Part shown: piece by piece, positions 14,500 through 41,057 of the stretch
Layout: each line of letters opens with the position of its first letter
Position numbering within the stretch: position 1 is the stretch's first letter
Source of the DNA: Chrysomallon squamiferum
Taxonomy: Eukaryota > Animalia > Mollusca
NCBI GenBank assembly: GCA_012295275.1
Contig: CM022670.1
Span: forward strand, 34,844,001 to 34,908,000
Direction of reading: 5' to 3'
Length of the DNA stretch: 64,000 bases
Translations under genes and position numbers: made by a program
Notes under the pieces: model-generated
Databases searched by the model: none
Told to the model about the DNA's origin: nothing
What the model saw: the letters and a program-made list of their open reading frames with translations, nothing else

Positions 14500-14620
14500 C
14501 TTGGTGACGTTTTGGTGGAAATCCCTTTCGAATAGTAACCAATCAAAAAGTCGCGGCAGAAAACGCATCTCGCCTGTTGAGATAGGACGCATACAATTTT
14601 AGTTCCACCAAAATGTAAGT
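14500..14620 (+). promoter_or_regulatory. Putative promoter and tiny first exon of SLC26 paralog A, divergent from RPL31
   Basis: TGACGT at ~14505, CCAAT at 14539-14543, Inr-like TTAGTT at ~14599, then CAAAAT|gtaagt with a consensus donor at 14615. Joining to the acceptor at 24123/24124 gives an in-frame ATG TCG ACT ATG TCA. Confidence 0.6.
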
Positions 14621-15214
14621 ACTCGAATCAGTATGTTCTTGAATGTACATTTTAAAATTAGTGTGTTCGTTTTATTCAGTGCATTGATTCAGACGATTTT
14701 GTTCTCTTTATTTGTTGTTGTTATTTTATATCGGGTCCGCGCAGGATTCCTCGGTCACGTTTACACACGCTGGCTTTTTTGGTTACGTAACCATTACGCT
14801 AGTATACCATGTATTGATTCTCGAGTTTCGAAAAGATAAACATGGTAAAACTGGCACCAAGGGCGGAGTGAACAAATCAAGGGCGAATCTGACATTTCGA
14901 TAAAGAGGAAGGTTAAAGTTCACAGTCATAAACACAATGTTTAAAATTATACAATACATAAATTTATTATGACAGTCATCTGAGTGGTGGTAAATGTTTA
15001 CATTGTGACTGTATAGTGCTACGTACGTTCAGTAACGTCATTTGACACGTGTTAACATAGTATTGTATAGAGCACTTTTGTCTGCCTCTCATCTCTCTTT
15101 CCTTCACATATTCGACCCACTCAGCAGCATTCCACACCAAGTCTCACCACATCCTCAACTTTTTTCTCACACCATTTTTTTTCATTCTATTTTGTTCATT
15201 TTTTTCTCGTAGTT

Positions 15215-15318
<104 letters not shown>

Positions 15319-15679
15319 GACAGTTTATGAATAAAACATGTACATTTGTTTTTTTTTTTTTATTTGTTTAAAAAAAAAAAAAATGTCTTTCCTTGATTTA
15401 TAACGTAAATGATATTATAACAGTCAGATGCAACTGATAACAAAACATAATTCTACACAAAGGATGTATGACTTAACAAAGCACTTTGTTCAAACTGTTT
15501 TATTGACATGCTGTTTTGAAAACAGGAAACATTTTAACCAGTCAGCACAGTGCCCCAGTGACGACAGCTGCAGCTGTGTTTGAGTATTGTTTTCAAACAC
15601 TAGGTGACACAAGCTTTTAAATGATTTATTAAAAAACACAAAAAAACCATAATAATAACTATGTAATATAAACAATAAA

Positions 15680-15753
<74 letters not shown>

Positions 15754-18049
15754 TAGATAGATAGATAGATAAATAAATAAAATCTACTACTAATAATAAC
15801 AATAATATAATTAATCCATTACAACAAAATGGAATTTAAAAAAAAAGAAGATAAAATCCAGAACCAAGAAAGTTACTTTGACAATGAATATTTAAAGTAC
15901 TGTTTATCCCTTTTCCATAATACAGTTACTGTGTTAATATTTGTTACACGTATTATACAGTTGGTCAATGTTGATTGCTAGAAGAGGTAAAGATGTTTTG
16001 AGATCGTACATGTGAGTGTATATAAATGAATAAATGTGCATGTGTGTGAGTGTGTGTGTGTGTTTGTGCATGCATTTATATGTGTGTTCCATGTTGAGTT
16101 ATTGTTCTTATCTGAACTGACTGACCACAACTAAATGACCTTTTAAAAACAATTTTTCTTATATTAAAATAGATCTGACAATGTCAGTTCACATCGACCA
16201 AATTTTATTGTTTCCAAAATGTGACATCAGTGATGTAGTTTGTGACTATTTGGCTGTATTCATCTCACCTGTTTTGATGACCTTTGAATGTAAATTATCT
16301 GTTGTCCTTGATAAAATTCTTACTCTGTGACTGATTTGGACTGTCAGGTGACTTTCACATTTTCAGTTTTCATTGTCTAAGGCAGTTAATTTTTTAATGG
16401 TTTTCTACATACTTTTGTGCATCTAAAATATTCTGTACACAAGGTGAATGCAACAAGGGTGTGATCTCTGCTTTGTACAAAACTGACCATGCTCATCATC
16501 ATAAATACCACTTGAACCCAAAATGAATTTTGTCTGTGGAACAGAGCTGACCATGTACATTCATTATTTTTAATTAAACAAGAACCAGCTGTGGAAATTA
16601 TGGAACATCATGTACAGGGAAAGTCTTGCCAGTATCTGCTTACAGTTTAAATTACCTATTAATTTTCTTTAATACACAGTAATTGTTGTTATTAAACTTT
16701 TATTAGAAAGTCGTCTTTTTTCATTTCATTTGTGTTTTTTTCAGTATAAACATTTACAAAACTATGTGCAGTACTAATAATTCATCACCATAATAGAGGA
16801 GTAAAAGTAATTAATTTATAAAATGAATATCTTTATGCCTGCCACTGGTAAAAAAAATTGCTGTAATAACACACTTAATAATATCATTATCATTTATCAG
16901 TAATAGTTTTTATATTACAAACATTAAATGTACATTTTTTTTATGTAAAGAAAGAGAGAGAGAGAGCTATAGATGACTGGTCAAAAATGTGCTGAGTCAC
17001 TGGTTCAAATCTTCAGCGAGTCTTTCACTTATTTCCCATTCAAGTCTTTACCTCTTTTGGGCATTGTACAAAAGTAGCATTTTATGTGGTTTTGAAAGGG
17101 TCACAATGAAAGACATATTTTCCTTTCTTCTCATGGTTACCTCAAGAAATCCATAAACATCCTGCTTATTGCACATAACACCTTTTACTGTGTATTATAT
17201 TTAATATAATGTGTCTTCTAAGTTATTTATCTATACCACTTACACTCTTTAATGAATATGCTTTTTAACAGAAATAATAACTTTGCTGATGCATTGCCAA
17301 AAATTTACTACAAGAAAAAAAAAAAATGGTGCCTGAAGTAATAGTTATGTTGTGTGTACAACTGTACTCTAAACTTTCACATACGTAGCACTGCATATAT
17401 TTAGAAAATACTTAAGCAAAGTTGCTTGTGGTTACCATTTGAAAAGTGATGTATGCGATAGTTCAGCCTTTTTGTATGTGTACCAATAAGTATTTCAGGT
17501 ATACTGCCAGTTGAAAGAAAGTTTAAAATTGTATTGATAGAATGAATGTGAATATTTTTACAATTGCTATATCATATATGAAAATATAATTTAGGTTGAA
17601 AATGATTGACCATATTCATCAGACTGTTATAGGTTCATGTATTTTCAAAAGTATGCTTTATTTTTATTTATTTATTAAATTTTATTACTAATTAATTAAT
17701 TAATTTATTTATTTATTTATTTATTTATTTATTTGTTTATTTATTTAATATTTATTTATTTATTTATTTTAATAATTTATTTATTGAATTTTATTACTAA
17801 TTAATTAATTAATTTATTTATTTATTTAATATTTATTTATTTATTTATTTTAATAATTTATTTATTAATAAAGGATACTGCTATAATAGAAAAGTAAAAG
17901 TGTACAGAGCTTGAATTATCACAATAAGTAATACTTGGATGTTGGTATGGCTGTCACACGTATCTGAACTGTAACTATAGCAACAGATATGATAATGTTT
18001 TGACTTATACATTGGTAAACATTGGACAACAGCTGGAAATGTATATTAT

Positions 18050-18243
18050 TAGTGAGACTGCAAACTGAGATCAAATGAAACCTTCAAAATGGTCCTAAGA
18101 CCATGTAAAATGTTCAGGTTGGAGAGGATTTTGGTTTACTGAGGTTTTGCATTTAGATATTTCATAATCACAGGATGGCAGAAACTGCTTAATTTGGTGT
18201 AATTCGGTTTAGCAAGGATCCAATTTTGAGATGTTTCACTGTA
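18050..18243. mobile_element. Decayed DNA-transposon/MITE relic (CAGTGAAAC-type terminus)
   Basis: Ends in GTTTCACTG-TA with AGTGAGAC at the other end and internal GGTTT repeats. Similar decayed motifs occur near 31100-31230 and 49900-50140. Confidence 0.35.
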
Positions 18244-18409
18244 CGACACGATTGAGGTATAATGTAAATATTGCATATTTCATGTGATGTGATATTGCAT
18301 GTTTTTTGTTTTTTTTCCAGGACATTAAACACAAAGTCAGTTAGTTTTCATATAATACCACAAACCATTATTTTGAATAGCTGGAAGTATACGTTATAAC
18401 ATATATACA

Positions 18410-18720
18410 CTGTTTTAGATAATAACTTATAGATAGTTTTACATAATGACAAGTATACTCTTATCAATTCCTAGTTTTGTTTTTTTGTACATAAAGTGAC
18501 ATGAATTTTTATAATACAATTAGTTTTAGATAATAAACTTTTAAAATATATATATATATATAGTTTAGCTAATAACATTTTTATATATTTTTAGATAATG
18601 TTTACTAATTTTTTAATATATCCAGTTTTAGATAATGCTTTTTATAATATTCACAGTTTTAGATAATAACCTTAATAATACGTACAGTTTTAGATAGTAA
18701 CATTTGTATACTCTTATCAA
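18410..18720. repeat. Degenerate ~33-bp minisatellite
   Basis: Recurring AGTTTTAGATAAT core about eight times. Confidence 0.65.
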
Positions 18721-20861
18721 CTGAGTGATTAATGATACAGTATATGGATTTCATGAACTGGAACTTGAAGCTATATATGTTTGCCAAGTTAACAGATAAA
18801 AGCTAGATAAGTCAAATTGCCTTGGCAGATTTTAAAGAGCCAGTACATCACTAACAAGTGAAAAACAGTGAAAAGATGTCATCATTGGCATGATATGGAA
18901 GAATTGTTACCAAACTTGTTGGCTTTTGTAAAACAAAAAAAAATTCATCTACATACAACAAATTGTTTTTTGTTTTGTTATACCTTAAATGACTGATTTT
19001 CAAAATACATTCTTGTTTTCTTCATAGATTATTTTGTTGACATTCTTTTGACCATTAGTAAAATATTTACTATCAGTATTACTATATACTACTACTATTA
19101 TTATGATCCTTATTCATTCTTTCATTTTCTTTTCTTTTCTTTCTTTTTCTTTCTTTTCTTTCTTTTCTTTCTTTCCTTCTTTCTTTCTTTTAATAAGAAA
19201 AACTTGCAGACACACACACATGCATAATAATATATCAGCTGATCAAAAACTTTGAAGAACAAAAACAGAATAAAACAAAACAAAACCCATATCTGTATAA
19301 TATATACATACAAGCATGCTGCCTATAAAAACAGAATGGAACACAATCTGTTGTATTTTTATCCTAGTTGAAATCATGAGCATATGTATGAGAATCTCGT
19401 TTACAATCTGTGAAAAACGTATTATCGAGGACATTTTAAAATTGAATCTGACACATATATCTCACTGTTTATTTATCTTGGTAATAAGAACAACAAGATG
19501 ACTGTTTTTGTCAGCATAAATGAGAATCTGTGTACACAACTTCTCAGTTTAATAAGCAACCTAGTGTGTTTGGTTTCCTAGCTGATGTAAACAGAGATTT
19601 GTTAATGGCATCATAATGTTCCTATTTTTAATTTTAATTTTTGAAAACAATTTTTTCTCTCTCTCTCTTACACTATCTTTTTAATTATTATTATTTTTTG
19701 TTTTTGGTGGCAAAACTATTAATCTTTTTTTGATTGTTGAGATTTTAAACAGATAAAAGGAGAAAGGTAATTTGCCAATACAGACTCGTTCAATTAGAAA
19801 AGTCATTCTGAGATAGGACATCAGAAGAAAAAACAACAGGCATTTGTGGTTTTGCTTTTCTAACATATGGATATATATATATATAGCATTACCACAATAA
19901 ATCTTGCACTGATATTTTTAGTTGTTGCATAAAACAGTTTCTTTTGTGCAACTCTCAGATGCATTCCCAGACAGCAGAGTTGAAATGTTTTACACAGGCA
20001 TCCTGATGACATTTACAGAAAAAAAAATGGAGAGAAATCGAATATGCAATTGTTTCTCATTTAACTCATATACTCAGTCATCAATCCATCTGTATGACTC
20101 TCTGTCAGTACATCCTTCCATTTTCCTTTATAACTGTGTCAATGATTAATTGACCGTTATTGCATCAAATACTTTTTTCTTCCGCTGAAATAAAAACACG
20201 AGTAACCCAGTTTCTCAAGAACTCTACAATAATAGGTCCATAAAAATGGTTTTATTTGGTTAAAATAACAATGGAATGCATTATACTTTATCCAGCTATT
20301 GTTCCTAAAAAAATTTTTTTGCTTTGTTCTATTTTTTTGTTTAACGGCTCTCAGCTGTATCTATCCATCTGTGTTTAATGTTATCACTGAAAATCGTTCC
20401 ACTACAGCCTCTGAGATCACAAGCTTTCCACATTGCATTGATTCAATTAAATATCATTCGATGGGCAAATATCTTAATGTCAAGGTAAACAGGATCAGCT
20501 AGTGCTTTAATATGTTCCTGAGTGTTAAAAGTGAGATAGATAATTGATGTGAGTACATAATCTGGCCACTAATTCAACACATCTTGCTGAGTCGATACAG
20601 AATCTTGATCAGTTAATGAATATTTGTTTACCAGCTCATGAACACACTTTAATACTGTTTTACATGTCAGACATGTGTTTTTCTGTGAAACTGCATCAGG
20701 GAGGAAAGTTCAGCAGACAGTACATTAGTTAATCCATTTTATTAGAAGGATATCTTTTATTTTTTTACATTCCCATATAAAGTAAGGAACTTTCACTGGT
20801 CTGTGATACTTCAGTTGGATCGAGTACTGTTTCTACAGGGAAAAAACCCAGTAGAAACCTT

Positions 20862-20925
20862 GCTGGGGACTGATCCTGTGACCCCTCATGCATGAGGTGA
20901 ATGATTTATGACAGAGTTTCTGGTC
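20862..20925 (-). mobile_element. Decayed tRNA-derived SINE head
   Basis: The plus strand GCTGGGGACTGATCCTGTGACCCCTCATGCATGAGGTGAATGATTTATGACAGAG resembles a CpG-decayed reverse complement of a tRNA-like A/B-box head. A related forward fragment lies near 51645-51675. Confidence 0.3.
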
Positions 20926-21133
20926 TCCTCCCTCGGCTTGTTATTTTTGAACTGAGAAACGTTTTAATCATTTGGTGATGAAATATGTATTAATGGAAAT
21001 AGCATAAACAACAACTTATCTAACTTGGTAAAATGCAACAAAAAATTAAAATTAAGAAAGAAAAAAGAAAAAAGTAATGAAAAAAGAATTAAAGAAAAAA
21101 GAAGAGTATTAACAGAAGTGCAGACAAATCTGA

Positions 21134-21230
21134 CTACAAGTATTAACTTGGCTACAAGTAAGAACTTAGCTACAAGTTTTAACTTAGCTACAAGTATTAA
21201 CTTAGCTACAAGTTTTAACTTAGCTGCAAG
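21134..21230. repeat. 18-bp minisatellite, ~5.5 copies
   Basis: Unit CTACAAGT(AT/TT)TAACTTAG; explains the ATSINL/ATSFNL repeats in spurious ORF 21025. Confidence 0.9.
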
Positions 21231-21531
21231 ACACTGCAGTGCGATGTTAATGCATTTCCCTCTGTAAATATTTACACCTGTTTGAAATAACACTCGACGA
21301 ATATTCAAAAGCCGGTTTTGTATTTATTTTGTTTCCTATGGTAACTGATCATTCTTCAGCTCTGCTGAAGCACGTGTTTCATTTACCTTGCGTGCCAACT
21401 GCACAACCACATGTAACGTAATACCACACTGACCCAGAGAGAAAAATCAAAATTTTTATTATTTTTCATTTGTAAATTTGAAAAATACAAAGCACCTTAT
21501 CCTTGGTAAATAATATGAAATTTAAAAATGA

Positions 21532-21565
<34 letters not shown>

Positions 21566-23869
21566 CTTTAAATTATTTCCTTATGAAAAAATACAGAAAG
21601 TATATTTCATAATTGAAATCAAATGTAAGCAGAAAGTATATACCAGAGAAAGGTTAAGAGAAATTCATTTAATATTTATAAAACACTGCTATTACAACAT
21701 TGTACACCAACTGATTAAAAAAAAAGAGGAAAATTGTGAATTGTATTTAGAGAACAAAAATAAAAGTTTTATTTGAACTGTTTTGTAGGGTTTTTAACTT
21801 CTGATGTTTAGTACAGACTGAAAAAAAAAGAAAAAAAAAAAGAAGAAAATTTGCTTAAATTAGAAAGCAATAGATTTTCTTATTATTTTTCACTTAATGG
21901 GCATCTTGCGTGACTTTAATGGCAATCTTCAGTTAAATCTGTAGGAACTCTGATTAGAAAATATCAGATTTTCTACACTTCCGTCAGCTGATGGACTATG
22001 GTTGTGATACTGAAACATATAAATAGCAATATAGATTTTATAAATGCTCCAACTAGCAGACGAGTGTGTCGTGCCAGGTGGTTAGAGCTGCAGTCAGTTT
22101 GAATCAGTCCTTGTCGGTGTACCCATCAGAATGTATCCTATTCGTGTCATTACCTGAGGATCAAAGGATATGACGCATGTTTTCTTGCATAATTAGACGT
22201 GCATGTGAAATAATCTGGGCTGGTGTTCACTGAAGAAACAGCGTGGTCAAAGGTTTTATCTTTTATGTTGTTATTATATTAAAAAATAAACAGTAGATAC
22301 CTAATATTAATAACCATTAACATTACTGAGGAGTTTTTTTTTAAAGGAAAGTGATCAGCCATTAGTAATATACATATATATATGAGATTTTCAAGAAGGA
22401 TTTAAATGACATTATTTTCAGTAGCAATGGAAATACATTTTCATATTAAATGTCATGTTTAATATCACAGGTAAATATCTTTTTTAATTTGTTTTTTATT
22501 TTATTTCATTCATATTTTATTCATATTTTAAAAAAATACTGGCTGTTTGTTTAACCTAATTTATTGTGTTTTAAGAAAATGAAAATGAAAAAAAAAAAGA
22601 AAGAAGAAAAAAGACCTTCAATTACACGATGTGGTTGTTAACATCAATTCAAGCACATTATTTCTTAATTACCATGCCTGTAAACTAGTCTTGTTTTTTT
22701 TTTTTTTTTTTTTTTAAAAATTATCTCAGAAATAATCAATAATTAATATAAGCTGCAAGGAGCCAGTGAAGAATTTTATAGGGCAGATTTTTTATTTAAA
22801 AAAAAAAAAAAAAAAAAAATAAATGCTGTGAAAGAGAGATGAAAAAAAAGAAAATGAGAAAATTTACACTGTTTTTGAAATCTGTTTTTAAATTTAAATG
22901 GCACCAGTATCCAGTTTTATATTCCTACTGAGGTGTTAAAAAAAAAAAAAAAAAAACAAACAAAAATTAAAATCTAATTTAAAAATAAAATTAGCATATT
23001 TTATTGCTCAGTTTCAGGGTGTTATATCAACCTTTATTTATATTAATGACAGATGTTGCAGTAACACCTTCACTAGTTTTAGAATTAGAGGCATGAAACA
23101 GGTGCATTTAATACTAACACTTCCAGTGTTTATATATATTTATCATAAGCTGAATACTGCTGATTAGTTCAGAAAAAAAGCAAAAATGGCAAAAGTCATG
23201 TGTTATGTAAGTATATAATATGTGTGTATAAGTATGTATATATGTCTGTTTGTACATGTGTGTGTTTGTATGCACTACATGCGTGTAAATGAACTTACGT
23301 GTGTACAAACTAGACATATTTCAATTCATTGATTTTCAGACTTCTTCTTACTTAAAGAAATGGCTTAGGTTCTGGGTCACAGTTATTTTTGACTTTGTTT
23401 TGTTACACAGTACAATGCCAGGCCCCACTGTCATTTGAGAAACAGAAGTTTATTTTTTTTTTGTCAATTGATTCTTCCTGGAACAAAACAGAAATAACAA
23501 CAGTTTAAAACTGTTTCAGCAGAGTGGAATAATTGGATACGGTTTGAGATAATCACATCTTTTCTTCCTCTGAAACTTGATAATTGAAGGAATAATAGAA
23601 GAAATAAAATCTCAAGCAGGAACTAATTTGTTTACTGATTTTTCTGGTTGAAGTAATAACTTAGTCAATGCCAGCTTTAAAAAGTCAATAACAAGATAAT
23701 GAAAGAATTTATTAATGTTTTGTGTTTGATAATTTTCTTTAATACAGTTTCTGTAATACTGTTTTTCTGTTTCAGTTAAGTTTTTTTGGATTATAAAAGG
23801 ATGTTATTAGTGGGTTTTTATATTGTTACAGCACTTTTGAGTAAATAATGTTATTTTGTTGTCTTTAAT

Positions 23870-24040
23870 AAATGGGAATGTGAATTTGTAAATGTGCTGA
23901 ATGGGAACTTGTAAATGTGCTGAATGGGAACTTATAAATGTGTTTATAAACTTGTTGTAAATGTTAACAAGACATTCTTGTAATATTATAAACATGAACT
24001 TGTAAATGTTGTGGAAACAAACTTGTTTGAAATGTGAACA
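23870..24040. repeat. Degenerate 23-bp minisatellite just upstream of SLC26-A coding exon 1
   Basis: GAACTTGTAAATGTGCTGAATGG units, decaying toward the 3' end. Confidence 0.7.
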
Positions 24041-24130
24041 CGATCTATTTATAAACATTAAGAACATTAACGTGATAAAAAAAACATTAAAAAAAAATCT
24101 AATACACCATCTTTTATCTTCAGGTCGACT

Positions 24131-35269
<11,139 letters not shown>

Positions 35270-36206
35270 ATGATATTTTTGATTGACATTTCAGAGATTA
35301 TTTTATTTTAGTGATTTTTGTCATTTTATTTCACTGTTTTCTTATCAAACTATTTAGTTATAGTTTTTGATTCTTTTTGTGGGAGATTTTGTATGTAGTG
35401 CTTTATGTAATAATAGTGCAATAGATGTATCGCTATACACATATCTACATTTTTGAGGGGTGGGGGCCAATTTTTTATAGTTGTTTTATTGTTAAATGTA
35501 TATATTTATACATATAGCTTTTTTGTTGTTTTTTTAGCCTGTTGATAGTCATTCATTATAACTATTTTTATTATAAACATTTACAAAGCTTAAATTTGCA
35601 GCATATCAAAGAATCATGGAAAAAAAAAAAAAAAAAATTAATAAACTATATCAGTGAACCTTTAGACCAATGCATGTAAGATGTCTTTTCCAGAGTAATG
35701 CTAGCTATAAACATCATCTGATATATAGATATTTCCCAGTATTTGTAATTCAACAACAACAACAAAAAATAATGATAAAAATAAAAATAACTAAATTCCA
35801 AAATTTAACTAAAACCATTTATTAAACTTTTTATAATTTATTTCAAATTATGGTTATTAAGAAAATTTAGTATCTTAAATTTTTTTTCTAGCATTAACCT
35901 GCTAGGAAAGTTTTATTGCATCAGTACTGTTTGTTTGTAAAATGATAATTAGTGACGTTTGAGAAATACTAGTATTATATTTGCATTTAGCATCAAATTT
36001 TTATTAGTTTTGCTTTTTAATTTTAATTTTAATTTTATATATATGCTTATATATACATATTAGAAATAAATGAAATGTAAAATTTATTTCATAAACCAGG
36101 ATGTTTTACTGATATTTAATCATTCTTTTTTTTTTGGAATATGAAATGTAATAAAAAAATATTGCCCTGTATTTTTCAAAAACAGAAGAATTGTCTTTAT
36201 TGCTAT

Positions 36207-36245
<39 letters not shown>

Positions 36246-39045
36246 TAATTTTGGATGTTTTTCTTCCAATATGGATAAATAAATTAAATTATTGAAATGT
36301 TATTTTTTTCTTCTATTTCTTGCCGTTTTATTATTATTTGTATCTTTATGAACATAATCTTGTTTATATTTCTGTAGAAAGAAACTGGTTAAATGTTTTG
36401 TTATATATTTTGATATTATGGAACAGTTTATAAAGACATACTAATAAAATCTGCACACAAATTTTAGAAAATATTTTGTACCATGTATTTTTGAAGTTGT
36501 ATGTTTTTCACAAGTCAAGGTTAGTCAGATGTAAGACTAGTTTGTGACTGATTGAAGTGAGAAATATTTTCTGTTGAAAAATTGAAAATAGTTGTGAAAT
36601 GTGTATTATTATAATTAACTGTTAGCATTTCATATATATGTGTGTATCTATCTATCTATCTATCTATCTGTTTATTTATCTGTCTATTTTTTTTTTATTT
36701 ATTATTATTATTATTATTATTTTATTTTTTTGTTTTGTTTAATGAATCCTGTTGATATGTTTTTCTACTTAGTATAGTAAAAGAAAAAGTAATAAATAAA
36801 TAAGAAATAAAAGTGTAGAAAATACAAGTTTCTTTATTTGAACATTAAAGTAAACTCCTCTGACACCTATGGCTAAAAAATAAAAACTGATAACAATTTA
36901 TTTAGAAGATATTGTTAGAGATAAAATTAGTTTTTGATATATACAAAATATATAACTGATACTCTGTACGCTTTTGCAGTATTATTTGATAGAAACTGTG
37001 TCTCTCCATATTTATAAGCAGCAGGTTTTATTTGTATTATTTAGAGATAATGAATATGTTGTATTGTATATATACTGATACTGGGATTTATACAAACTGT
37101 TTTTATGTTTGTTCTAGTAGTGTTTTAAGGTATGTTTTGTTTAATACTTCTGTTCAGTTGGGTATGTTATTCTAGACCAACATATTCTGTTAATGACACA
37201 GGGCATTTAAATGGGATCATTGTTTTTTTAACAGAAAGTTTTGTATTTATGTTTGTTTTATGTTTTTTAGTCTATGTAACTGTTCATGCATGTGCATGCA
37301 CAACCCTACATATACTCAGACAGACAAAGACACACAAAAACAACCCTCTCCATGATGTCAGATCACAGCATATTAATTAGTAACCATAGTGTTTTATCCA
37401 ACATGTATTTCTAAATTTTTATTTTATCCAACATGTATTTTATTTTTTTTTTTTTTATTTTTTTTTTTTTCAAATAAGCATTTGGTAGGAATTTATTTTT
37501 TATTTTATAAACAATCATTTAACAAAATAAGCATTTAGTAATTAATTGTCAAGTGTCTTAAATAAGATGTGCTTATTACAGACTAACAGGATGTTTATGA
37601 CAAGTGGTTATATTTTTAAAGATTATAATGGACATTAATCAGGGTAACTAATATAGCTTCTTTTTACATTGCTTTGCTAGGCTGTCTATGATATTACTGT
37701 TTTTTTTTTGGTTTTATGAATGAAAAGATGATTAGTTTTTTGACTGAACACACACCCACATCCACACCCACACACACACACACACACTCTCTCCCACTCA
37801 GGCATGACCCCCCCCAAATGCACATACTGAATATACAGTCATACCCACCACACACACACACAGAGCTCAACACACATACACTTCTATAGAAAACTGTAAT
37901 TACAGGTATTTTTTTTTTTATTTAGTTGTTTTTGAGTTCATTTATAATTTAATACTGTCTCAGAAAATGGGTATTTTGTTATCTTGTATAGTTTTATTCT
38001 ATTTAGTTGTTGGTTTGTTTATCTTTGTTGTTTTCTGAATAGAATTTCTTGCTAGTCATTTATCTTTTGCAGGGATTTGTTATGAATTTTATTTGTAAGT
38101 TTTAGTGTTATTTATTTACTTTTCATTTCTTTCTACATAACCAGAAATTGTTGTACATAGAAATACAATTTAAAAAATATCTTTCATTCTTAATACTGTT
38201 TTTTTTTTCTTTTTTTTTGTTCTTTTTCTTTTCCACTGGGGATGGGTCACATCTTGTATTTATGTATTCAAGTACTAATTATTATTCATGTTTTGTTTAT
38301 AGTCATTCATTTTAGTTACAGTATTATTTTACTTTAATCATCTATAATTTTTGCTTGTGGTTCAGGGTTTACATTTTGTATATTGTTTTAGTGAGAAAAA
38401 TGGAATTTAAAAAAGAAAAATACAAAACAACATTTTTAATGCAAAATAAATAAAAACCTCTACTGCTTGTAATAATTGATGTATTGATGTAGTCTGTTGA
38501 TTTTATGAAACAGCTGCAGCAGTTACAATAATACAACATTACAAAGCTGTGTTGTCATTTACTGACATACAAATACAGTAAACCCATCATTAATAGACTA
38601 ATACAGACAGAGAAACAGAATCTACTGACAAAAGACACAAAATGTTTAAAAAAATAATTATTTTAATATTACCAATCTGTACTTTTAATAACATTGATGC
38701 TGTAATATGAAATATTGAATTAAAAAGGTTAACAGCTATGATCAAAAGATATGGGTCAGATGATGTAGGCTAAAATACAGAGGCATGGCTGGGTGTGACT
38801 CATCAACTTCTGTCACCCACTCCTAGCATGGTTTCTAATATTACCTTGGATTAATTTTGTCTGTTAGTGGTTTGTGTAACATCCACTGAAACTAATAATC
38901 CAAATATTTTAATATCTATAGCTACATCAAATTGTCAACAGTGTTACTTACCCTGATGTACTCAGCACAACTGTCTTAAGACATTCAGAGTGATTTTTTG
39001 AATTTTTAAATACTTACATTAATATTACCAGTATATTTTAGTGTT

Positions 39046-39079
<34 letters not shown>

Positions 39080-40084
39080 GTCCTCTATTTTTTATAAATG
39101 TATTTTCTTAAACTGCTGTTTATTGTGCAGGTTTGTACTTTTTATCATTCAAAATATATTTTGTATTTATTCATCTATAAAATTATATTACCTTGAATGT
39201 AATATTTTCTTTAAGACATATAAGCATTTAGATATTGGTCTTCCATTATTAACAGGCAATGGAATTAAACCAACTACAAAATAATTTTGTAGCAGACTGC
39301 TTTGTGTGTGTTCTCATTATTTATTCTGATTTAAAAAAAAAAATCATTCCATCATTATACTGCACAAAACATAAAAATTATATTATTAATGGCAGAAGCT
39401 TAATATGTTTTACTGACATTCATTTGCTGCTTCGGCATGGAATCAGTTGAGAGTTTAAATTTTATTTCATTTTAGTGAGCCAGATTACCATATCTTTTAT
39501 TTATTTATTTTTATTATTATTATTATTTTTTTTTTTTATTGTTACTAATTTTTTTTATCACTCGGTACATGAAGCCTAACAAATTTTCAATGCAAAATTT
39601 ATAATACTTTAAATATAATTTAAATAATGCAGAATTATTTTCTTGTCTTAGAGAAGAAATTAGCTGTTATGTAACACTGAATATAAACTATATATAAACT
39701 CATGCAGTCTATTGTTCATCTACTGTTATTAAGTTTCTTTTATTAACAGAAAACAGTGTTTTTATATTTTAAATTGTTTTTAATCTGAAATACATCAACT
39801 ATTTATTTATTTATTATTATTATTAATTTAATTTTTATTTTAAATCAACCTATTTTTCGATAACAACATAAGTAGTCTAGAGAGTAAATTTAAAATAAAG
39901 ATTTTACATACAACTATTTTCAAATTAAAAAGAAAAAGACAATCCAAATAATTGACTTACTGTATATATTTTGTACATTTGTCAAAATATGCTATCATTT
40001 GTTATCATTGAAATGTGTTGTGAATGTTAATTTGATCTATATATTTTTGTAAAATTTTATCATCAGGATTTATAATCTACATTA

Positions 40085-40136
<52 letters not shown>

Positions 40137-41057
40137 TACACAGAGAGGTGGAACAAAATCAAATACATTTTGATGGTTATGATTAATAATATTTTTGTTT
40201 ATTAAATTTCTGAAGTGGTAATATTAAAAAATGGCAAGTATTTTATATTTGTAAGGCTTACTGGAAAACTGATAATTGCAAAATGAAGGACAAACATACT
40301 ATTTTCCGTCCCTATATTTGAATTTACTTCATGAAAATTAAAATCAATTTTCTTCTCTTCATATGTATTTTTATGTGATATTTTTATGTAATTTTTTGCT
40401 CTTCCGGTGTATTTAACCTGTATGCCATAACTATTTGCAGGTTCTTTTACATTCATTTTTAGCACAATAATAGTTATTTAAAAAGCTCAATGTATACTAT
40501 ATTTAGAATATCATCCTTTTTTTGGTACATTTTCAAACATTTGCTGTTCTTATGGCTATATAAATATTTCATGTTTTGCAAATGGTAGAATGTAGACAGG
40601 CACTAGAAATATTTGTGGTGCAATAAATAGTTTATTTTGAAATGGAAGAGGTGTTTATTGCTTGTTTAATTAGCAGTGTTCAGCTGATAAAAAAAGAGAG
40701 AGAGAGAGAGACAGAGACAGAGAGAGAGAGAGAGAGAGAGATGTCTATAATTGCTGAAAACATGGTCAACTAATTAAACCATGACAAAATCAAAATTGTC
40801 TGAAAATGTAATATCCTCAAATTACATAAAGATTTTGAGAAAAAGGTTGCATGAGACATAGTTTATCATGAGGGTGGAACGCAATAGTAAAAATATTCAA
40901 GGTAATATTTCATTGAAAGTACCTCTGCCATTTTCACTACAGAAGACTATTTGCCTTAGAAATATATATTTTTCCTATTAAAATAAATAAATAATGTATA
41001 ATTTATCACTGAAACGTTATTTTCCTTGTGAAATTAGGCGTGACAATTTGTAAGCCT

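Noticed and set aside
16965-17030. B-box-like GGTTCAAATC suggesting a tRNA gene
   Set aside because: No cloverleaf can be formed; at most a decayed SINE fragment.
21134-21230. Short semi-palindromic repeats resembling a CRISPR array
   Set aside because: The units are head-to-tail with no unique spacers, there are no cas genes, and the context is a eukaryotic intron.
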